64,000 nt of DNA from Alphaproteobacteria bacterium. Lineage in GTDB: Bacteria; Pseudomonadota; Alphaproteobacteria; SP197. This document shows, one piece after another, positions 30,257 through 39,904 of this stretch (position 1 is its first letter; every line of letters begins with the position of its first letter). A program made the translations under genes and the position numbers. The notes beneath the pieces are model-generated. The model saw only the letters and a program-made list of their open reading frames with translations. It was not told where the DNA came from and made no database searches. The stretch is taken from positions 672,001-736,000 of the forward strand of contig OZ219917.1 of the NCBI GenBank assembly GCA_964291415.2. The letters run 5' to 3'.

Positions 30257-32026
30257 TCATCCCATCGCCAGCATGTCGTTGGCGTCGATACCGGCGACCA
30301 CGACCGGCTTCTTCATGGCATCGCGGCGGAAGGGTTCGCCGAGTTCCTGGTTGAGCAGCACCTCGATGAAGGTGGTGACGCCGTCTCGCTGGGCGGCGCA
30401 GCCCTGCCTGATGGCATCCGCGAGTTCGTCCATGGTCGCCACCTGGACACCCTTGAGGCCGCATCCCTCGGCCACCCTGGCGTAGGACAGGCTGGGGTTG
30501 AGTTCCGTGCCGACGAAGTTGTTGTCGTACCACAGCGTCGTGTTGCGTTTTTCCGCGCCCCACTGGTAGTTGCGGAAGATCACCATGGTTGTGGCGGGCC
30601 AGCCCTCCCGACCGCATGATGTCATTTCGTTCATGGAGATGCCGAAGGCGCCATCGCCTGCAAAGCCGACGACCGGCACGTCGGGACAGCCTATCTTGGC
30701 CCCGAGAATGGCCGGGAAACCATACCCGCAGGGTCCGAAGAGGCCGGGAGAGAGGTACTTCCTGCCTGCCTCGAAGGTCGGATAGGCATTGCCGACGGCG
30801 CAGTTGTTGCCGATATCGGTGGAGATGATGGCATCTCCGGGCAGACCCGCCTGGATCGCCCGCCATGCCATGCGTGCCGACATTCTCTGTGGTTCGCGTG
30901 TCCGCGCATCGACGTTCCACGAGGTTCCCGGGTCGTCGTCCTCATGGTCCATGCTGGCGAGTTCCTGCAGCCATGCCGAGCGGGTCTGGTGGATCAGCGC
31001 CTTCCTCTCGTCGCGACCCATCGAACCCGCGCCGGGCGAGAGATGGTCGAGGATGCCGCGCGCCACGATCGCGGCGTCGCCGCAGATGCCCACGCTGACC
31101 TTCTTGGTGAGTCCGATGCGATCGGGGTTCATGTCGACCTGGATGACGGCCGCGTCTCGTGGCCAGTAGTCGATGCCATAGGCCGGCAGCGTGGAGAAGG
31201 GATTGAGACGTGTTCCGAGCGCCAGAACGACATCGGCTCTGGCGATGAGTTCCATCGCTGCCCGCGACCCGTTGTAGCCAAGGGGCCCGACGGCAAGCGG
31301 ATGGGAGCCCGGAAAGCTGTCATTGTGCTGGTAGCCCGAACAGACCGGTGCCGAGAGATGTTCGGCCAGGCGGGCGCAGTCGTCGATGGCATCGCCGATG
31401 ACGACGCCGGCGCCGGAGAGAATCACCGGGAACCTCGCCTGCGACAGGAGGCGTGCCGCCTCGGCGATGGACTTCTCGCCGCCGCCCTGGCGTTCGAGTT
31501 CCACCGTGTCGGGAAGCTCGATATCGACCTCGGCGGTCCAGATGTCGCGCGGCACGTTGATCTGGGCCGGCGCCGAGCGCCGCAGTGCCTGTTCGATCAC
31601 CCGGTTGAGAACCTCGGCGATGCGCGACGCATCTCGGACCTCTTCCTGGTAGCAGACCATGTCCTCGAAGAGAGCCATCTGCGGGACTTCCTGAAAGCCG
31701 CCCTGGCCGATCGTCCGGTTGGCCGCCTGGGGAGTGACCAGGAGCATGGGCGTATGGTTCCAGTAGGCCGTCTTCACAGGCGTGACGAGATTGGTGATGC
31801 CGGGGCCGTTCTGGCCGATGCACATGGCGATCTCGCCGCAGGCGCGGGTGTAGCCGTCGCACATGAACCCTGCGTTCGCCTCATGGGCCACGTCCCAGAA
31901 GGTGATCCCGGCTTTGGGAAAGAGATCGGAGATCGGCATGAACGCGGATCCGATGATTCCGAAGCAGTGCCGGATGCCGTGCCGTTGCAGCACCTTCACG
32001 AAGGCTTCTTCCGTGGTCATTTTCAT
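30257..32026 (-). CDS. xsc: Sulfoacetaldehyde acetyltransferase (ThDP-dependent)
   Basis: MKMTTEEAFVKVL, FGIIGSA, TAYWNHTP, GDGAFGIS, QWGAEKRN, ELGEPFRRDAM. Confidence 0.95.
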   Translation of the reverse strand: MKMTTEEAFVKVLQRHGIRHCFGIIGSAFMPISDLFPKAGITFWDVAHEANAGFMCDGYTRACGEIAMCIGQNGPGITNLVTPVKTAYWNHTPMLLVTPQAANRTIGQGGFQEVPQMALFEDMVCYQEEVRDASRIAEVLNRVIEQALRRSAPAQINVPRDIWTAEVDIELPDTVELERQGGGEKSIAEAARLLSQARFPVILSGAGVVIGDAIDDCARLAEHLSAPVCSGYQHNDSFPGSHPLAVGPLGYNGSRAAMELIARADVVLALGTRLNPFSTLPAYGIDYWPRDAAVIQVDMNPDRIGLTKKVSVGICGDAAIVARGILDHLSPGAGSMGRDERKALIHQTRSAWLQELASMDHEDDDPGTSWNVDARTREPQRMSARMAWRAIQAGLPGDAIISTDIGNNCAVGNAYPTFEAGRKYLSPGLFGPCGYGFPAILGAKIGCPDVPVVGFAGDGAFGISMNEMTSCGREGWPATTMVIFRNYQWGAEKRNTTLWYDNNFVGTELNPSLSYARVAEGCGLKGVQVATMDELADAIRQGCAAQRDGVTTFIEVLLNQELGEPFRRDAMKKPVVVAGIDANDMLAMG

Positions 32027-32137
32027 GGTGGGTCAACCTTTCCCTGAGAGAAGGAGACGCGCCCTGGGCGCCAGTCACCTTGTAGACCGCTACGGCAGAG
32101 AATCGCAAGATGACGGCGGTATGGCCCGGGAGTAACC

Positions 32138-33295
32138 ATGAGGCAGGTGCTGGCGCTCAACTGCGGGTCTTCGTCGGTCCGCTTCTGCGTTTTCAAGGAT
32201 GATCTCACCCCCGTGTTCCGGGGTCAGGTGGAGAACATCGCCGAAGGTCTCGAGCCGCGGCTCCTTCTCGAAGGCAGGACGGAGGCGTTTCTTCCCGCCG
32301 GCCTTGCCGGCCACGGTCCCGTTATCGGCTTCCTCCTCGACTCGGTCATTCTGCCGGAATGCGGAGACATTGCCGTGGCTGGTCATCGCGTGGTGCATGG
32401 CGGCACTCGCTTTGCCGGACCGACGCCCATCGATGCGGACGTGACGGAAGAGATTGAGGCACTGTCAGTCCTGGCACCCTCGCACCAGCCGCACAACCTC
32501 GCCGGAATCAGGGCACTCGCGACGGCGCTGCCCGGAATTCCGCAGGTCGCATCATTCGATACAGCCTTTCACCGCACGATCCCCGAGGTACGTCAGCTGA
32601 TGGCCCTGCCACGAGAATTCGCTGATGCGGGGCTGCGGCGCTTCGGTTTTCACGGCCTTTCCTATCAGTCCGTCGTCGCCCGCTTCACCCGCATCACCGG
32701 GACGACCATGCCGAGGCGCACGGTGATCTGTCATCTCGGCAACGGTTGCAGCATCGCCGGTCTCGTCGACGGCGCGTCGGTCTTCACCTCCATGGGGTTC
32801 ACGCCTCTCGACGGTCTGGTGATGGGCCGGCGTCCCGGCAGGCTCGATCCCGGCGCCGTGCTGTGGCTCGTTGCCCGCCACGGCGGCGATGCTGCCGCCG
32901 TCGACCGGCTGCTCAACCGTGGTTCGGGTCTGCTCGGTGTCTCCGGAATCTCTCCCGACATGCGCACGCTGCTGGCCAGCGGCGACGAGAAGGCGGCCCT
33001 TGCCGTCGCCATGTTCATCGACCGGCTCGTTCTCGAAATCGGTTCCGCCGTCACGGCAATCCGCGGCCTCGACGCCCTCGTCTTCACCGGCGGCATCGGC
33101 GAGAACGCGGCCCCTGTCAGGGCGGCGGTGGTCGAGGCACTCGGCTGGCTTTGCCTTCAACTGGACGAGAATGCCAACGTCCGCCACGCGTCCACGATCA
33201 CGAGAGGCCAACCAGCAGCCCACGTCATCGCCACGGACGAGGAGCGCATGATCGCCGAAAACGCGTTGTCATGCGCAGTACCCCGCACTCCCTGA
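32138..33295 (+). CDS. ackA: Acetate kinase
   Basis: LNCGSSS, GHRVVHGG, FDTAFH, FGFHGLS, HLGNGCS, TSMGFTPLDG, FTGGIGEN, TDEE. Confidence 0.93.
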   Translation: MRQVLALNCGSSSVRFCVFKDDLTPVFRGQVENIAEGLEPRLLLEGRTEAFLPAGLAGHGPVIGFLLDSVILPECGDIAVAGHRVVHGGTRFAGPTPIDADVTEEIEALSVLAPSHQPHNLAGIRALATALPGIPQVASFDTAFHRTIPEVRQLMALPREFADAGLRRFGFHGLSYQSVVARFTRITGTTMPRRTVICHLGNGCSIAGLVDGASVFTSMGFTPLDGLVMGRRPGRLDPGAVLWLVARHGGDAAAVDRLLNRGSGLLGVSGISPDMRTLLASGDEKAALAVAMFIDRLVLEIGSAVTAIRGLDALVFTGGIGENAAPVRAAVVEALGWLCLQLDENANVRHASTITRGQPAAHVIATDEERMIAENALSCAVPRTP

Positions 33296-33557
33296 AATCA
33301 TGCGATGGTCAGTCCTCGAGTGCCAGGTGAAGGGAAGCTCCCGGTCAGAAGACCGACTGGTGGCAAGTGGGTGGATACAACCGCGTGACATCCATGTCTG
33401 TACAGATGCTGTGTGCGGGTCCGGCGGAATTCTACCGATACCACAAAGCCGAAGCCGCACAGGCGGCCCCGGCAAGGGTGCCGAAACCGGGGATGCTGTC
33501 ATCGGGTTCGCACGCCGCTAGAATGGCGCCTCGCAATTCTTGATCGGGTCTCCAGAA

Positions 33558-33767
33558 GTGCAGAGCTACACCGCCGTTGTCGAACGTTGTCCGGACACGG
33601 GCCTCTATGTCGGTTACGTTCCGGGTTTCCCCGGCGCGCACAGCCAGGGCGAGTCCCTCGAGGAACTCAACGGCAATCTCAAGGAAGTCATCGCCATGAT
33701 CCTCGAGGAGGGGGTTCCCCCGATGGTGGGCGAGTTCGTCGGCACGCAAATCGTCTTGGTGTCCTGA
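33558..33767 (+). CDS. hicB: HicB-family antitoxin (short form, no DNA-binding domain)
   Basis: YTAVVE....GLYVGYVPGFPGAHSQGESLEEL..NLKE. Confidence 0.88.
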   Translation: MQSYTAVVERCPDTGLYVGYVPGFPGAHSQGESLEELNGNLKEVIAMILEEGVPPMVGEFVGTQIVLVS

Positions 33768-33773
33768 AGTCGG

Positions 33774-33982
33774 GTGCCTTCCGTTCCCGTCCTCAAGCCG
33801 CGAGAGGTTACGGCCTCGTGGAGATTCGCCAGCGCAGTTCGTACCAGCGTTTTCGCCACCCGGACGGGCGGGTGACGACGGTGCCTGTGCATGGTGGGCG
33901 TGACGTGTCTCCGGTCCTGTTGCGCTGCATTGCGCGCGATGTCGGACTGACGGTGCGGGAGTTCGTGGCGTATCGTCGATAG
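33774..33982 (+). pseudogene. hicA: HicA-family toxin, frameshifted
   Basis: GTG-start frame reads VPSVPVLKPREV; a different frame continues GLVEIRQRSSYQRFRHPDGRVTTVPVHGGRDV; conserved GSH appears as SSY. Confidence 0.8.
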
Positions 33983-34204
33983 TTCGTATGCCAATGCGCG
34001 GCCGAATCGATCGCCGCCATAGGGTGACGCGGCGACCGAAGTTGACGCCGGAGCGACCAGGTTCCTCGCTCCTGACGGAAACGGTCGGTGCGCTTCGGGA
34101 CCTGGCGAGGGCCATTCGCGTCCAGTCACCGCTGTCAAGACAACTTGGTTGAGAGAAGCGAAAGGTCGCCCGGCTCCGCGTTTGTTCCCTTGTCTTGGCC
34201 GGGA

Positions 34205-35713
34205 TCAGCCGGGATAGGCCTCCTCGTCCTTGTAGGGGAACCACCAGAAGTCCGCGGGCTTGTTCTCGTGGTCGATCATGGTGAGCTTCGTGTGGCGGAA
34301 CTGGTCGATTCCCTCGCTGCCCAGCTGGCGGCCGGTTCCCGACATCTTGCGTCCGCCGAAGGGCCCGGCATCGTTGTCGAGAAGAGCCGTGGCGTTGATC
34401 CACGTCATGCCTGCCTCGATCTCGTTGATGGACCGCATGGTTTCGCAGAGATCGTTCGTGAAGACGAAGGAGCCAAGCCCGTAGCGCGAGTTGTTGGCGT
34501 GTTCGAGGGCCTCGTCGAAACTGCCGACCCGGCAGATGGGCATCACCGGGCCGAAGCTCTCGTTGTTCATGATCTCCATATCCGGCGTGCACCCGGTGAG
34601 AATGGTCGCATCGCAGTAGTAGCCGCGGTTGAAACCTTCCGGTCGGCCGCCGCCGGTGACCACGGTCGCACCTTCGTCGATGGCCCGTGCGAGCATGCCC
34701 TCGTAGCGGTCACGCTCGCGCTGGGCGGCCATTGGTCCCATGTCCACCTTGTCGAGACCGTTGCCGATGCGCAGTTGGCGCGTCAGGCGCGTGACCTCGT
34801 CGACAAAGTGGTCGTGCACGGAATCGTGGACATAGAAACGCTCGGCAGCGGCGCACACCTGCCCGCAATTGAGATAGGCGCCGAACACCGCGCCCTGGGT
34901 AGCCATGGACATGTCGGCCGACGGCAGCACCAGGAAGGGATCGTTCCCGCTTGCTTCCACGAGACAGCGCTTGAAGGTAGACGCGCAGGTCTGGGCGACA
35001 GCCTGTCCGGCCGGGATCGACCCGGTAAAGGCGACCCCGTCGACCCCGTCATGACCGACCAGGGCCTTGCCCGTCTCGACGGCCCCGGTGAGGCACTGCA
35101 CGAGACCGGTCGGCAGGTGGTCGAAGCACTCCATCATCATGAGCGAGGAAAAGCTCGTCAGTTCCGATGGCTTGAGGATGACCGCGTTGCCGGCGCCGAG
35201 TGCCGCACCGGCTTCCCAGCCGAACAGCACATAGGGGAAATTGAAGGGAAGGATGATGCCGACGACGCCCAGGGGCGACTTGGTGACGACGTGAAAGTCC
35301 CCGTCGACCACCGGACCGACGACGCGCCCGGCCTCGTGGCGCGAGACTTCCGCGTAGTAGTCGAAGGCGGTCGCGGTCCACTCCACTTCATCCGCCGATT
35401 CCTTGTAGGGCTTGCCCATTTCCCGGGTCAGGGCCTCGGCGAGGCGCGGCGTGTTCTTCCGCAGCCGGTGCGCCACCTCGTGGAGCTCCTCGGAGCGCTT
35501 GAGGCCGTTCATGCGGTCCCACTGCTTCTGGGCGCGCCGGGCGATGGCGACGGCCTCGTCGACCTCGCGAACCGTGGCGAAGGCCAGTTCGCCATTGACC
35601 GCTTCGGTTGCCGGATCGATGGCGTCGAACCCATCGCTCGACTCGCTGCGGCGCAGGCGGCCATCCATGTACACCTGGCCCGACAGGTCCCTGAACGTGT
35701 CCGTCACCGTCAT
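34205..35713 (-). CDS. NAD(P)-dependent aldehyde dehydrogenase
   Basis: PFNFP, KPSE, FTGS, catalytic Glu in VEASGND, GQVC, ESFGPV, PFGGRKMSG.GR. Confidence 0.92.
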   Translation of the reverse strand: MTVTDTFRDLSGQVYMDGRLRRSESSDGFDAIDPATEAVNGELAFATVREVDEAVAIARRAQKQWDRMNGLKRSEELHEVAHRLRKNTPRLAEALTREMGKPYKESADEVEWTATAFDYYAEVSRHEAGRVVGPVVDGDFHVVTKSPLGVVGIILPFNFPYVLFGWEAGAALGAGNAVILKPSELTSFSSLMMMECFDHLPTGLVQCLTGAVETGKALVGHDGVDGVAFTGSIPAGQAVAQTCASTFKRCLVEASGNDPFLVLPSADMSMATQGAVFGAYLNCGQVCAAAERFYVHDSVHDHFVDEVTRLTRQLRIGNGLDKVDMGPMAAQRERDRYEGMLARAIDEGATVVTGGGRPEGFNRGYYCDATILTGCTPDMEIMNNESFGPVMPICRVGSFDEALEHANNSRYGLGSFVFTNDLCETMRSINEIEAGMTWINATALLDNDAGPFGGRKMSGTGRQLGSEGIDQFRHTKLTMIDHENKPADFWWFPYKDEEAYPG

Positions 35714-35791
35714 GATCTCTTTCCCCATGGTCTGTTCCGGTGCCATTGTAGGAATCATCCCCGACCCCTCAAGTCCCCCCAGGGAGGTGGC

Positions 35792-38044
35792 ATGGAACCA
35801 GGACTACGGCCGCTCAACGGCTATGCAGACAGGATGTCGGTGAGGCCCGGGGAGAGCATCCGCTTCCATGTGAGCTGCGACGGTCCCGCCACCTACCGCG
35901 CCGGCATCGTCCGTCTCCACTCGGCAGACGACAATCCCGCCGGCGCCCCGTTCAGGAGCGTCCCCGTCGAGACGCCGGTGAGCGGCCTCCACGAGGGCAG
36001 GGCGCACGTCATCCACGCCGGTTCGCACGCGGTCGTTCCGGCCTCGCCGCACCTCGTCCCCGCACGTGCCTTCACGCTCCAGGCACTGGTCATGCCGACC
36101 ACGCCGCAGATGGGACGCCAGGGCATCATCGGCACCTGGTCCGAAAGTGATCACACCGGTGCCAGCCTCGTTGTCGGCGACGACGGCGCCGTGGGCCTGG
36201 TGGCCGGGAACGGACACGCCAGCATCGTTGCCACCACGGGCGAGGCCATGGTGACCGGAGCCTGGTATCGCGTTGCCGCAACCCTCGATCCGGATTCGGG
36301 CACGCTGTGCCTTCTCCAGGAGGCACTCGACACCGGCCGTCCGGTGCTGCGCCAGGTCGCGATTCCGTTCCCGCCGATCCTGCGGGCGACCCGCTGGCTG
36401 ATGGCCGCCTGGCATCGCGATGCCGGGGACGGCCGCGGCTATCACGCCGGCTGCTTCAACGGCCGGATCGAGGCGCCGCGCGTGGCGAGCCGTGCCTTCA
36501 CGCCCGACGAGGTCGTCATTGCCGGAGCCCGTCCGGCCGCGCCGGCGGTCCGTGATGCGGTTCTGGCCGCCTGGGACTTTTCGCGCGGGATCGACACGCT
36601 CACCATCGAGGACATGTCAGGTCATGGCCATCACGGGACCCTCGTTCACCTGCCCGAACGCGCCGTGACCGGTTCTGCCTGGAGCGGACGCGAGATGTCC
36701 TGGCGCCACCGGCCCGAAGACTACGCTGCGATCCACTTTCACGATGACGACGTCCATGATGCCGGGTGGCCGGCAAGCCACGTCTGGCAGGTGCCCGAAG
36801 GCACCCCGAGCGCCATCCACGCGCTCCATGTCACGGCCGGGGACGCCGAGGACTTCATTCCCTTCGCCGTCGTGCCGCCCCGCGGCCGGAGGACATCGAA
36901 CGTCTGCTTCCTCATGCCCACCGCCACCTACATGGCCTACGCCAACTCGGGACGGCACTTCCGCAACGACACCGTCGAGATGAAGCAGTTCCGCGCCACC
37001 GTCATGACGCGCGACGACTGTTTCCTGCAGGCCCATTCGGAGTACGGACTTTCGACCTACGACACCCATTCCGACGGCAGCGGCGTCAGTCTCTCGTCGC
37101 GCCTGCGCCCGGTGCTCAACTTCCGGCCCAAGGGGCGCGTGTGGGGCCTCGTTGCCGACACCCACATCACCTCATGGCTGGACCGGGCGTGCGACGGCTT
37201 CGACGTCGTCACCGACGAGGAACTCGACAGCGAGGGGCTGGCTGTGCTCGAGGACTATGCCGTCGTCGTCACCGGCAGCCACCCCGAGTATCACACCGCT
37301 GCCATGCTCGATGCCCTGGAGGCCTGGCTCGCCCGGGGCGGTCGGTTGATCTACACCGGCGCCAACGGGTTCTACTGGCGCATCGCCCTCAGGCAGGATC
37401 TTCCAGGGGTCCTGGAGTGCCGCAAGACCGAGGGCGGCACCCGGTCCTGGGTGTCGCGGGCGGGCGAGTCCTTCATGAGTCTCACCGGGGAGTACGGTGG
37501 ACTGTGGCGGCGCAGCGGGCGTCCGCCGCAGCAGCTTGCCGGCATCGGTTTCACGGCCCAGGGCTTCGACAAGTCCACGTGGTACCGGCGCACCCCGGCC
37601 GCCGATGATCCCCGTGCTGCCTTCATCTTCGCCGGCATCGACGACGAGATCATCGGTGATGCCGGTCTTGTCGGCGGCGGCGCCGCGGGCCTCGAGATCG
37701 ACCGCGCCGATACGTGTCTCGGCACGCCGCCCCATGCCCTGGTCGTCGCCCATTCGGAAGAGCATGCCGCCGGCATGCTGGTGGTGCTCGAGGAGCTTAC
37801 CTCCAACCAGCCGGTGATTGCCGACGATCATCCCCTGGTGCGGGCCGACATGACCTTCTTCGAGCACCCGGGAGGCGGGGCCGTGTTCTCCGCCGGGTCC
37901 ATCGCCTTCGGCTCGGCCCTGCCGGTCAACGGCTACGACAACCCGGTCGCCCGTCTTCTCGGCAACGTGCTCGACCGCTTCCGCGACCCGGAACCCTTCG
38001 CGATGCCGGAACCCGCGTTGCCCCGCGCCGAACCCGGAGGGTAG
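35792..38044 (+). CDS. N,N-dimethylformamidase large (beta) subunit family protein, copy B
   Basis: GYADRMSV.PG, LamG-like insert, YAAIHFH, TYMAYAN, STYDTHSDGS, RLRPVLN, GSHPEY, GANGFYW, GLEIDR, GGAVFSAGSI; GGGAGG RBS. Confidence 0.88.
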   Translation: MEPGLRPLNGYADRMSVRPGESIRFHVSCDGPATYRAGIVRLHSADDNPAGAPFRSVPVETPVSGLHEGRAHVIHAGSHAVVPASPHLVPARAFTLQALVMPTTPQMGRQGIIGTWSESDHTGASLVVGDDGAVGLVAGNGHASIVATTGEAMVTGAWYRVAATLDPDSGTLCLLQEALDTGRPVLRQVAIPFPPILRATRWLMAAWHRDAGDGRGYHAGCFNGRIEAPRVASRAFTPDEVVIAGARPAAPAVRDAVLAAWDFSRGIDTLTIEDMSGHGHHGTLVHLPERAVTGSAWSGREMSWRHRPEDYAAIHFHDDDVHDAGWPASHVWQVPEGTPSAIHALHVTAGDAEDFIPFAVVPPRGRRTSNVCFLMPTATYMAYANSGRHFRNDTVEMKQFRATVMTRDDCFLQAHSEYGLSTYDTHSDGSGVSLSSRLRPVLNFRPKGRVWGLVADTHITSWLDRACDGFDVVTDEELDSEGLAVLEDYAVVVTGSHPEYHTAAMLDALEAWLARGGRLIYTGANGFYWRIALRQDLPGVLECRKTEGGTRSWVSRAGESFMSLTGEYGGLWRRSGRPPQQLAGIGFTAQGFDKSTWYRRTPAADDPRAAFIFAGIDDEIIGDAGLVGGGAAGLEIDRADTCLGTPPHALVVAHSEEHAAGMLVVLEELTSNQPVIADDHPLVRADMTFFEHPGGGAVFSAGSIAFGSALPVNGYDNPVARLLGNVLDRFRDPEPFAMPEPALPRAEPGG

Positions 38045-38455
38045 CCCCGCCGGCCGTCAGGCGCCGGGGACCCGGAAGGCAACGAACGTGTCGATGGCAT
38101 TGGCCGGCACAAAGGGCACGCCGCAGCGCTGGCGACCGGTGAGGAGGGACGCCCGGGCGGTGAGGCCGCCGAAACCCCTCCTGCCCAGGCGAGAAGAGGC
38201 CGATGGCCAGAATGCCGCCACCACCGGCGAGGCGCCAGGCAGTATCCCGGTCGCTGTCAAGCTTGGTTCCGCGACCGGGCCGGAAGCCAGTGATGACTCA
38301 TGGGTCGGCCACGACAACCTTCCCAACGCGGCATCACACCGGCGTTCCTGGCAATGGAACTCCTGACGTTCGGTCTTGGCGCTCCCGGATGATCCGGTCT
38401 AGTCTTGCTGTTCACACACCCGAGAGGGCCCGTCCATCAGCAGGGAGGAATTGAG

Positions 38456-39622
38456 ATGACACGATCCATGAAGGTCAATGAATTCAAGGAGCGACTCGCC
38501 AATGCGGAGATCACCCGCCGCGAAGCATCTGCGGTTCTGGCGTCCGCGGGCGTCGGCATGGCAACGATGATGTTTGGGCCAGGCATGGCGCGGGCACAGA
38601 CCGACCTGGCCATCGACCATTCGCTCAACGTCTTCGAGTGGGGCGGATACGACCTGCCCGAGTTCTATACGAGCTATGTCGACAAGTACCAGATGCAGCC
38701 CGCCTTCGTGCTCTTCGGCGAAGAGGAAGAGGCACTCCAGAAGCTGCGCAGCGGCTTCACCGCGGATGTGGGCCATCCCTGTACCTACAGTACCCGACGC
38801 TGGCGAGACGCCGGCGTGCTCGATCCGATCGACACGTCCCGCCTGACCAACTACGGCGACGTCTTTCCGAGCCTGAAGACGCTGCCCGGCAGTCAGGACG
38901 AAACCGGACAGGACTGGTTCATTCCCGCCGACTGGGGCAACTCGTCGGTGCTGTTCCGCCACGACCTTGCACCGGAGTATGTCGACACCGCGACCGAGAA
39001 GAACGAATCCTGGGCCATCCTGTTTGACGAGAAGTACGCAGGCCGACTGGGCATCTTCGATTCCGTCGATGGCGTGATGGCTGTCGTCGGGTCCGTGATC
39101 GGAGCGGAAGACGTCTTCAACATGACCGACGATGAACTCGAGGAAGCCACCAAGCTGCTGCGCAAGCAACGCGAGATCCTGCGCTTCTACTGGACCGATC
39201 AGAGCAGCGTCGAACAGGCGCTGGCTGCCGGCGAACTTGTGGCGTCCTATGCCTGGAACAGTGCGGTCGTCGAACTCAAGAACCAGGGCGTTGAAATCAC
39301 CTACATGAACCCGAAGGAAGGAATCTGGACCTGGGTGTGCGGGCTGGTCCTGCTCGCCGGTGGTCCTGGCGACCGGGACAGGGCCTACGAGTTCATCGAT
39401 GCGTGGATTTCACCGGAATCGGGCAAGAACCTGATCGAGATGTATGGCTACGGCAGTTCGAACACCAAGGCGTTCGAACTGGTCGATCCGGCCACTCTGG
39501 ATGCCCTCGGCATCTCCGATCCCGACACGATGATGGCCAACAGCCGGTTCTTTGGCGAGATCGAGCCCGACGTTCGCGAGAAGTACATCAATCTGTTCGA
39601 CGAGATCAAAGCCGGCTTCTGA
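38456..39622 (+). CDS. PotD/PotF-type ABC substrate-binding protein, Tat-like signal, orphan
   Basis: ITRREASAVL signal, FEWGGY, PADWGNS, YAWN, PKEGIWTWVCG. Confidence 0.88.
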   Translation: MTRSMKVNEFKERLANAEITRREASAVLASAGVGMATMMFGPGMARAQTDLAIDHSLNVFEWGGYDLPEFYTSYVDKYQMQPAFVLFGEEEEALQKLRSGFTADVGHPCTYSTRRWRDAGVLDPIDTSRLTNYGDVFPSLKTLPGSQDETGQDWFIPADWGNSSVLFRHDLAPEYVDTATEKNESWAILFDEKYAGRLGIFDSVDGVMAVVGSVIGAEDVFNMTDDELEEATKLLRKQREILRFYWTDQSSVEQALAAGELVASYAWNSAVVELKNQGVEITYMNPKEGIWTWVCGLVLLAGGPGDRDRAYEFIDAWISPESGKNLIEMYGYGSSNTKAFELVDPATLDALGISDPDTMMANSRFFGEIEPDVREKYINLFDEIKAGF

Positions 39623-39644
39623 GCCGGTTCCCGTCGCTGTTTCC

Positions 39645-39674
39645 GGAACGGGCCGGCCGGCGCCGGCCCGTTCC
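39645..39674 (+). terminator. GC-rich hairpin (13-bp stem) after the binding-protein gene
   Basis: GGAACGGGCCGGC-cggc-GCCGGCCCGTTCC, perfect stem, no U tract. Confidence 0.5.
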
Positions 39675-39904
39675 AGTTCCGCCGAGCGGCCAGGCATGCC
39701 TCATGGGCCGGCCGGCCGGTCCTCCCCGCTTTCGCCGCGGGTGACGCAGAATCAGCCGTTGACCAACTCAATCCCGAAGCGCCCAGGCAGGCGGCCTTCA
39801 TGGGCGGGGCGCGGCACGGCACGCGGGCTTCGATCCTGTTCACGTTGTATTCGCCGCACAAGGCGGTCACAATCGCATCCCTCATCCTCATTCTGGAGAA
39901 CAAC

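Noticed and set aside
34088-38044. 1318-aa ORF suggesting a giant fusion protein
   Set aside because: The first 568 codons are the antisense shadow of the ALDH; the real start is ATG 35792 with a GGGAGG RBS
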